Of a stretch of 64,000 bases of DNA, positions 55,176 to 64,000 are shown piece by piece. The stretch's first letter is position 1. Each line of letters starts with the position of its first letter. The DNA lies in NCBI RefSeq assembly GCF_009914755.1, contig NC_060926.1; one strand, 5' to 3'. Below the pieces are notes generated by a model. It saw only the letters and a program-made list of their open reading frames with translations. It did not search any database and had not been told where the DNA came from. Source of the stretch: the human T2T-CHM13v2.0 reference genome, Homo sapiens. The translations under genes and the position numbers were made by a program.

Positions 55176-56166
55176 AATGTTTTTGCAACATTCTTTTACA
55201 TTTTCAGAAAAATCCTATAAAAATTGTGGGTGTTTTCATACTAGTAATCAAACAACACAAGAAAATAATAAAATTGAAAAGGACGGTTTTTGAAATACTG
55301 GTGCTTGAGGAAAACAGGTTTAATTAGAGGAGGATGAGGATGTGGGTGGAGATTGTTGTGGAAATTCTGAAGGAGACTCCTGGGTACACTCAAGGGCTCT
55401 TGCAGTGCGCGGCACTGGCTTGTGATTGTGTCTAATTTCACTTCACAATTTGAGACTCTCCTTCACTCTATATTACAGGTGTATCATGAATGCTTATGAA
55501 CCATAATTGAGGTCATTGCTTCTCTGTGTGTTCACAAATGGAAGGAATTGGTAAGGGGGAAAAAGATTATTTTGAGGTAACTGTGTGAGAGACAGAACAG
55601 GGAAACCAACATCAACGGCAATGGCCACAACAACCACAGAATGTTTCCTGAGGGGAAATTAATGAGTCATAAATGGTTTCTCAGAAGGAGAAATAAGCAG
55701 AGAATGTCTAGTCCCCTGAAAGTAACAGGTGTGCTGCAGATGCTGTTTTACCCTGGTCCATGGATCTCCTCTAGAAAAAGCTAGGGGAAGGGAAAGATAG
55801 GATGGCTCCATGTGCATAGGCCGAGTTAGGGATTCTTTCCCCCGTTGGACATTTATAAGATTGGAAATGTCTATGTTCTGTAAGTGGGAGAAATAGGGAG
55901 GCATAATACGTGGAATAAGCTATGTTTGCCATGCTATGTTTTAAATATTTGTAAGCTCACACATTATCTAAAAATGCACGAATATTTATACAGAGAGGGA
56001 TCAATAGATTTCAATGTATTGGGAAAAAGGAATTAAAATTGACCCTTGTATTTTCACAAAGGGCCCTAGTTACACTTTCTCTTAGAATTTACTTTTCATA
56101 AATTTTGAAAAAAATTGTAAAATATTGAAAGCCAAATTACTTGATAAGCAGAATTTGTAAGGAGAG

Positions 56167-56170
<4 letters not shown>

Positions 56171-56203
<33 letters not shown>

Positions 56204-56226
56204 ATGTGTATATGTGTGTGTGTGCG
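56171..56226. repeat. (TG)n microsatellite
   Basis: 15 perfect TG units plus imperfect extension. Confidence 0.95.
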
Positions 56227-56419
56227 TAGAGATGAAATTGATCCTTGGAATGATATGTGTATTTTAAAAGAATCCTTAGCTGTAGGTTATACAGAGGGAA
56301 TAATCCCATTTTATTCATGGCTACTTTTGAAACATTGAAAATAGTTTCTTATTAAAAAGATATTGAGAACCCCTGAATCTAAAATAAAGGTTAAAAAAAA
56401 AGAAAGGATGTTGAGGTAT

Positions 56420-56612
56420 GCCATGTAACATATACTATCCATAACTACTCCCAATAACGTTGTGAAAGAGGTTCTTTATAAATCCCACGTGTCAGATGAA
56501 GAAACTGCAACTCACAGATGTTATATAATTTGTCCAGGATTACACATATGGTACCTGATGGGGGAATTTAGATGCAAATATGCTTGATTTAAAATACACT
56601 ACTTCTTACAAT
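56420..56612 (-). mobile_element. MIR
   Basis: cagatgaagaaactgcaactcacagatgttatataatttgtccaggattacaca. Confidence 0.7.
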
Positions 56613-57562
56613 TATGTGGATTACAAAGCAGAGAGTTGTTAGAATGTAAAAAAAGATAAATTTTCTTACTTAATCCATTTCAGGTCAATGAATTTCTGCC
56701 ATTGGTTTCTGCCTAGTTCAATAGTGACCTCAGAAGGCAGTGACAACAAAGAAAACAGTTCTATCCTCCAGGGTCTGATAGATCATTTTGCTCCTTTCCT
56801 GATGAGAGGTCTTCAGCTGACTTAGAATTATCAGTGCCACTGGTCATGAGGAGGACATGTGACATATTATTATGCAATCATTTCTACTACAGAAAAATCT
56901 TCAAATTATTCTTACAAATGGCTATTTTATCTTTCCAGAGATAAAATACACTATTTTTGTTAAGTTGGAGATATTGTTAATCAATGGAATTTCTAAATAG
57001 TTATATAGAATTCAATAGAGTCACCAAGGTTGTTTTTAATTTTTGGTATCCTTCATTATGAGCTTTAAGTTATATGAATAAGCTTCCACTTACTAGACAC
57101 ACACTAACTCTGGTCCTTCCCAGGACCCATCTTCTGCTCGAATAAATGCATAGAAATGCAAATAAAGAAAAACGAGAGAAAGGAAGAGAGAGAGAAAAGA
57201 TTTTGAGGAGTGAGTCAGAAATCAACCAGTGATTTCAGCAAATTTCTGAAAGACAGAAAGCAAATAAGTATAGAAGAATGGATGAAATAGGAATACTACA
57301 GACTAGAATGTACCACAGGAGAGCTGCAGAGAAGTTTGAAGCCAGTTTTCTGTCAATGAAATTATTAAGAAAACCGGAGACCAGAGTTAGTTAGCACTTA
57401 CTGGAGAGGGCTGATCTGATACGCAGGAATGACAAAAAATTAAAACCTTTGTAAGGGTCAAATGAACCTATGGTTTCACGAGTAGTCAACATTTACCTTC
57501 AGGTAGGAAGCAGTTGGGTCTTCTCTAAACAAGTGGCCTGAAATGTGTGTTAAAAAGATTTA

Positions 57563-58018
57563 TATTGCAGCACTATTCACAATAGCAAAGACTTGGAACC
57601 AACCCAGATGCCCATCAATGATAGACTGGATAAAGAAAATGTGGCACATATAAACCATGGAATACTATGCAGCCATAAAAAAGGATGAGTTCATGTCCTT
57701 TGCAGGGACATGGATGAAGCTGGAAACCATCATCCTCAGCAAACTAACACAGGAACAGAAAACCAAACTCCTCATCTTCTCACTCATAAGTTGGAGCTGA
57801 ACAACGAGAACACATGGACACAGGGAGGGGAACAACACATACCGGGGCCTGTCAGAGGGTGGGGGACTAGGGGAGGGATAGCATTAGGAGAAATACCTAA
57901 TGTAGATGACGGGTTGATCGTGCAGTAAACCACCATGGCACGTTTATGCTTATGTAACAAACCTGCGCGTCCTGCACATGTATCCCAGAACTTAAAGTAT
58001 GATAAAAAAATAAATAAA
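57563..58018 (+). mobile_element. L1PA7-like 3' end
   Basis: tattgcagcactattcacaatagcaaagacttggaaccaaccc..cagaacttaaagtat + A tail. Confidence 0.95.
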
Positions 58019-58489
58019 TGGAAGAATGTGAAGAGAAGGTGTTCTGAAGTGTTCCATGAACAGAACTCAAAGATAATCAAAATTTAAGTGAGCAAAGAAA
58101 AATTTGCATGTTGTTTTTGACATTTTATCAAATGGCCAGAGCAGACCTACCTTCTGTGTCATTTTTCAAAATATACAGAATATCTAAAGATGAAAAAAAA
58201 TTTCTAAAGTTAAAAAAAGATGATGTATAAGTTTGCAATCATTTTTTAAAAATGAGAAATTTGATGATAATCTCAAAGATATTTGCAGAGAGAAACAGAA
58301 AGGCAGAGACAGAAATTGTAGAAAGGGAGGTTTGAGAATATAGCCATGCCGTTAACAACTAATCAGGACTGGAGCCAGAGGATAGAAGGCTGTAGGGGGA
58401 AGTTTTGTGGAAAAAGAAGGAGTCAATAGATTACATGGTATTATTAAAAACTGGAAAAAACACATGGCTCAAAAAAAAAGACAAGTTTA

Positions 58490-58630
58490 GATTTTATTTT
58501 ATTGTGATAAGAACACAACATGAGCATTAACATATTTTTAAGTGTGCAATACATTATTGTTCACTATAAATCTGATGTTTTATAACATATCTCTACAGCT
58601 TATTCATTTTGCTTAAATGAAAATTTATGG
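58490..58630 (-). mobile_element. L1MA/MB 3' fragment
   Basis: tttaagtgtgcaatacattattgttcactata..atctctacagcttattcat. Confidence 0.7.
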
Positions 58631-58794
58631 GGGTAGTTTTCCCCCATAGGATTGTTTTGTAACGATAGTAAATTCTAGGAAGAAAATCACGATCCAAATA
58701 TGAGACAACTGAAAATATGATCATTTAAATTTGTAATTGTATTAATAGCATAAGAAAAGAGAATCCATTGGTGGTGTTCTTACTGTTGAATTTA

Positions 58795-58797
<3 letters not shown>

Positions 58798-58837
<40 letters not shown>

Positions 58838-59096
58838 AGACAGAGTCTCAATCTGTCGCCCAGGCTGACTACAACCTTAAATTCCTGGGCTCAAGGGATC
58901 TTCCTGGCTCAGCCTCCTGAGTAACTGAAACTACAGGCCCGCGCCACCATGCCCAGATAATTTTTAAAAATAATTGTTTTAGAGACAAGGTCTTGCTGTG
59001 TTGCCCAGGCTAGTGTTGAATTCCTGGCCTCAAGTGATTTCTGCTCCTTGGCCTCCCAAAGTGCTGGGATTACAGGCATGAGCCACTGTGCCCAAT
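58798..59096 (-). mobile_element. AluJ with 39-nt pure T tail and small right-arm deletion
   Basis: T run 58798-58836; tcctgggctcaag, ggtcttgctgtgttgcccaggc. Confidence 0.9.
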
Positions 59097-59642
59097 CTAG
59101 GAACATTTTTTATTGAGTCATCCAGAGTCATGACATTGGGCCAAGAGAGAAAAAAAATTATATTCCCAGCCCACTAATTGGCTCAGCAGTGAAAAATTTT
59201 TACATAGCCATAATAATGTAATTCTTTATATTGTTTTTCAACTTATAAATTCACGGCCAGAGTTAGGAAGACTGCTTTTACTTGTAGAAAAAATGTATAT
59301 GTTAACAAAAATAATGAGGTAAAAATTCAAATGTAACAGACAGAAGGTAGGATATATGAAAGGTGGCAGAAGGTAGAGGAAGAGGTAGAAGAGCTAACAT
59401 ATTTAACAAAGTCAGGAACAAAGTGATATTATTGAAAATGACCATCTCAGATTTCAAACCAAGGCAATATAAGGTCATGTTTCAAAATACTCTCTTGTAT
59501 TCAAGCAATATAGCAATTCTTGACAATATTGGTTCCATGATCTTTTCCCTCAAGCCCCTCTGAACAAGTCTGATCTCCATGAACTTCACAATGGTAAGAG
59601 TGATCTAATCATGAAGTTGCTACAATCACTTCTATACCAAAC

Positions 59643-59743
59643 TGTGGCAGGCAGGATAATGTACCTCCCCAAAAAAGATGTCTGTTGTTTCAAAATGCTA
59701 AGCTTGTGATACTTTGTTACAGCAGCAATAGGGAACTAATTCA
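59643..59743 (+). mobile_element. MLT1D-like LTR reduced to its two termini
   Basis: tgtggcaggcaggataatg..aaagatgtc joined to tgttgttt..tttgttacagcagcaatagggaactaattca; TSD caaac/caagc. Confidence 0.75.
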
Positions 59744-59894
59744 CAAGCCAATTTACACAGCTCATCAAGAGAATGGATTTCTGCCATTTCTCTGTCCAAG
59801 GTCACTTTCAGGCCTTGTGGCGAAAATATACTAGAGAAAAGAAAAAATATATAGATTTGCAACTACATGATGTTTATTCATTCAGTATTTCTGT

Positions 59895-60073
59895 GTAGTA
59901 TTTCAGCCCTAGTTGCACATTAGAAGCATCCGAGGTACTTTAAAAAATAACATGAGCCAGGCCCTACAGTAAAACAATTAAATCAGAATCTTTGGGAATG
60001 AGATTCTGGGCACCAATATTTTTTGAAATGTCACTAGGTGATTTTATTGTGAAGTCAGAGTTGAAGACCAGTG
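59895..60073. mobile_element. MER5B-like MITE
   Basis: gttgcacattagaa..caattaaatcagaatctttggg..aggtgatttt..gagttgaagaccagtg. Confidence 0.75.
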
Positions 60074-61129
60074 GTCTACATGACTCAGGTAAGTTACTGA
60101 GAGACACAAGAGGCAATACATGTACCCTTAAAACATGCAGGATTAGTATAAGATCTTATTAATAAGCCACATTCTCCCCCTTGTTCCTCTCATGCTCTTG
60201 CTAGATAATAAGTTTCTCCACCTAAATTGCTATATACTTTTATTTTCATGCAATTTCCTCGCTATAATTATTTTAAAAATGAGAATCATTTTGTCAAGAC
60301 ATCTATGAATACTGAATGGGAAATTCTGAATCCTTATCTCAACTTGATCAGCTCCTACTGAGATCTTAGTTCTCCTCACTTTTTATGTCAGAGGAAGGGA
60401 AAGTATCCTCTTAGTTCTGCTGCCTTCTGTTCTCTGGCTATCCATTAGGTCCTATTAATATGTACTGTCTTTTCTAAATTTATTAACTTAACTCATTTTC
60501 TACTAACTCAACAACATGCTGTTTCTCTCTCCATACAACTGATTCTTTCTCTGGAAGTCTTCTCTGATTAATTATGTACAGAAAAAGATTAAATTAGAAG
60601 GATATAACCATACTCAAAAGCAAAGAAAGCCTCATTGTGAAACTGAACCAGAAGAGAAATAAAAAACAGCAAGTGGGGCAAAGGCTGTGGCTGTCTGAGT
60701 ACCACATCTGTCAGTTGAGGAATGTTCAAGGGTAAAAGGACTAGAGAAAAGGACATGCTTGAAATTGGGGAGTAAAATAAGGCATCTTCAACCCAGAAAG
60801 GAAGCTGTATAAAGCTGTAACAGGTCACTGACTGGGACCAATGCCTATATGAATTGAGCTGCATTTCTAAGAAAAGGAAGGACTCTACGTCGCATCCAAA
60901 GTCTGGGCCAAGCTACCCAGATACTCGAGTATCTGGAATTGAAAATATTCACAATTACCCTGCAGCCCAGGGGTAACATTCTTCCAGGACAGCTCATTAT
61001 CTGGCCTGAAGGCCCCAGGCAGAAAGTGATGTGTAGTCAACTTAAAACTTCACACACGAAAAATGGTGGGGAGAGAAAGACAAGGAAAGGCAGAGACAGA
61101 GAGATTGTAGTAAACTCCCAACCAAGAAA

Positions 61130-61580
61130 TGTCTGAAAATTATTATTAAAAATGAATGCTCAAAAGACAGCTGGCAAAATAAAAATCAATTGCTGGGAGA
61201 TGAATTCAATGTAGATAAAAATGAAAATTATAACGTTACCAAAAAAAGACTTCACAAACACATTGAGAATCTCAAAAAGATAAAATACTGAATTGTATCT
61301 ACTAAAATAACCCCTAAGAAACTGTGAAACAAAAAGCAATCATAAATTAAAACAATTCTTTTAAAAAATTCAAAAACAATATTAGGTAGACATGAAAGAA
61401 TAAATTAGAAATGCTGAAGTTTTCTTTTTAAGGAGAATTTACAAATCTCAAGAGAAAAAAGTAACATTTAGACAGAGATGAAGAGAGAATTCATGATTCA
61501 AGAGATAGCACCAAGGATTTAGTCCAGATTGCAACACAGAGAAACTGAGTTAAAAAAATACTAAAGAGCAGCTAAAAAAA
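61130..61580 (+). mobile_element. Old L1M 5'/ORF1 remnant
   Basis: A-rich, coiled-coil-type ORF1 remnants (gaataaattagaaatgctgaag). Confidence 0.4.
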
Positions 61581-61599
61581 ACCATGTTTAGTTGTTTTT

Positions 61600-61920
61600 T
61601 TCTTCGCATTTTTTTAAATGCTAAAGTAATGTTTCTTTATAAATTTAGGAAATATGGAAAATTAAAAGGAAGAAAAAATTCACCCATAGTTCCATCATAC
61701 AAATTCAATTTCTGAGAGTTTTATTTTTGTGTGTTTTATCTTACATTCTTCTTCATCTTTAATATTTCCATGTATGGGATTTTGGTTGGTTGCTTTTTAA
61801 ATTTCTTTTTACACAATTGTAATCATGCTGTATACACACTTCTGGTTTTTAAAAACATTTCAGTAAGCTTTTCAACATCTTTAAGTCCTTTTGAAAACTA
61901 TGCATTTAAAAAAATATATA
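61600..61920 (-). mobile_element. L1ME 3' fragment
   Basis: ttaggaaatatggaaaa..aaaattcacccatagttcc..aatcatgctgtatacac. Confidence 0.55.
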
Positions 61921-61927
61921 GCTATTG

Positions 61928-62420
61928 TATTTATTTATTCAACAAATATGTCCTGTGAACTAATGATAGTTCAGGCACAAACTGTTCTAGGTACTAGAGA
62001 TAGAGCAGAAAATCACCTTTCTTCATGGAGTTTACACATGAGTGGGGAGAAATCCACATTGAAGATAATAACTGAGTCACTTACATAGTATATTAGAAGA
62101 TGGCAAGGGAGATGAGTGGTGTTAGGGCAAGTTTCCAGCACTAGGTAGAAGAGGAAGGCCTCACTGAGAAGATGACATTTGACTGAAGGTCTGAAATTGG
62201 TAAAAGTGATGATCCCTATTGACATCAGTGGGCAGAGTGCCATGAGGGCAAGTAAACAGCCAGTGCAAAGGCCCTAAGTTGGGTGCATACCTGGTTTGTA
62301 CAAAGAAGAAGAACAAGGTGACTAGACAAGGGTGATCATGATGAAGAATAAAAGAGCTTAGTAATATAATGGGGAGCAGAAACTCCCATGAGGTTTTTGA
62401 CTCTTATAGGAGAAATAGGG
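61928..62420 (-). mobile_element. L2
   Basis: tttattcaacaaatat..ctgttctaggtactagagatagagcag..ggaaggcctcactgagaagatgacatttga..gtgcaaaggccct. Confidence 0.8.
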
Positions 62421-63059
62421 AACAAAACTCACTGAAGTTAGTTTTAGTGGAATTTTGAGCAAAACTTTTAATACTAAAGAACTAATTGGAGAAAACACTA
62501 CATACTGTATTATATAAAGAAAACTTTCAGGTCATTTCAGGAAGGACTGAATGACCTTTCAGTCTTTTACTTCTGACATTGGACTCTGTGGGAAGAAAAT
62601 GTAATCTAATGGGTTTGTCACTGAGTTATGACTCAGCAGGGTATTTAATCTGCCCTTGATTTAATCTTGAGACACTTGATACCAGGGCATACTGACTATG
62701 GTTTCTGCTATGGAATTCTCTGTTCAAGTTATCTTTTAATTTAAAATTAAATTGGAAAGTATCCATTTGCTGCTGTTTTCAACCTTCTGAAAATGCAGAA
62801 ATGTATTATTGAGCATCCTGCAAAGTGTTCTTGGACTTTTCTATTCTTTCTATACATTTTGGTTTTGGGTAACAAGCAGTAAGGTCAACTTGGTTTTGGC
62901 TTTACCATATATGGGAGTCATACATTTCTTATATTTTTATGCTTTTGATTGCATTAATGATATTTGGGATAAATACATACACATAAAGCATCTACATGAA
63001 TATGTTGAGTGTGGTAAAAAGCATACTCATAATCCATTGTGTCTTTTATGGTGGATACA

Positions 63060-63290
63060 ACTTTCATTCAGTTCATATTTACCTTGCAGTTACTCTGTGT
63101 CTGAGGCTGTTTTAGGCACTGCAGACACAAAAATGAGCAATTTATAGTTTCTACCTTTAGAGAATTTAAATAAGCAAGTCAACCTAGTGTGAGAAGTTCT
63201 ATGCTAGAAGTACAAGATGCTACATGAACATATAGAAGGATCATCTCATCCAACTCTGGAAGTGCAGTGTTATTCAGGGTATGTTTCAAA
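63060..63290 (-). mobile_element. L2 fragment
   Basis: tcattcagttcatattta..ctgttttaggcactgcagacacaaaaatgag. Confidence 0.6.
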
Positions 63291-63735
63291 TGGTTAAGTA
63301 CACATACATGCACACACAAACACAAGCTTAGATTTGCTGTTTTAAACATCTAAGACAGCTGCATATGGGGCTGCTTTTCCTAGTGCATAGCCATTTGTAA
63401 CCAGAGAAATGGGTCTGGTCCTCATTATAAAGTGAAAATCAGGGGATTTTCTTGATAACATAAAATGAACAAATATTTATCATTTCTACAGATTTTGCCA
63501 AATTTAGATGATCTGTTCTTTTACCTCATTAGAAACTCCTTATTCCTAGCAGAGTTCCAACCTGGGAGGTATTTGCAGCAGCTACTAGCAAATTTGCAGT
63601 TATCTGAAATCAAGCAAATAGTTGACTTCATCATACTGGCTACTAGCAACTGGTACAGAAATTGCTTTATAGATAGATGCCCCATGGGTGAAAGTGAAGA
63701 GCCATTTTGAATATAAGCCCCAAAGTTCTGCAAAC

Positions 63736-63736
63736 A

Positions 63737-63772
<36 letters not shown>

Positions 63773-63784
63773 AAATAAATAAAA
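63736..63784. repeat. (AAAT)n tetranucleotide repeat
   Basis: About 12 units, one interruption. Confidence 0.95.
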
Positions 63785-64000
63785 TTGATTGCCTCCAATA
63801 AACAGGTTGGACAGCTTGGATTGGGACTGTCAGTATAGATGTTTCAACAGCAGCAGAGGACAAGCCTCTGGTTTTCCCTTCCTTTGAGTATACTCTAGAG
63901 ATTACTTGTCATTCTTACTATATTTAGGATCAAGGGTGATGGAAGAAATTGTTCAGTTTTTTCATTGTCTACCTTGTCTGCAGCCAGGACCTTAAGTTTT

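Overview
AT-rich primate (most likely human/hominoid) intronic or intergenic DNA; I could not name the locus. No protein-coding gene, tRNA/rRNA gene, CRISPR array or prokaryotic system is supportable: the ORFs I could explain come from Alu, L1, Tigger1, THE1-int or microsatellites, and the rest resemble no protein I recognise. Roughly half or more of the window is interspersed repeats: a full-length Tigger1 carrying three nested Alus, an internally deleted THE1A provirus, MLT2B/MLT1 solo LTRs, a probable MamGypLTR, many L1/L2/MIR/Alu pieces and hAT/Tigger MITEs. Best non-repeat signal: a low-GC but CpG-retaining ~800 bp segment at ~51.9-52.7 kb with ETS, octamer and TATA-like motifs and flanking splice signals (candidate alternative or bidirectional promoter). 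The window also holds several fossil repair/insertion scars (templated insertion, fold-back, twin-primed L1). I found no convincing novel biological system. Repeat subfamily names come from recalled consensus sequences and need RepeatMasker/Dfam confirmation; boundaries of ancient repeats are approximate.
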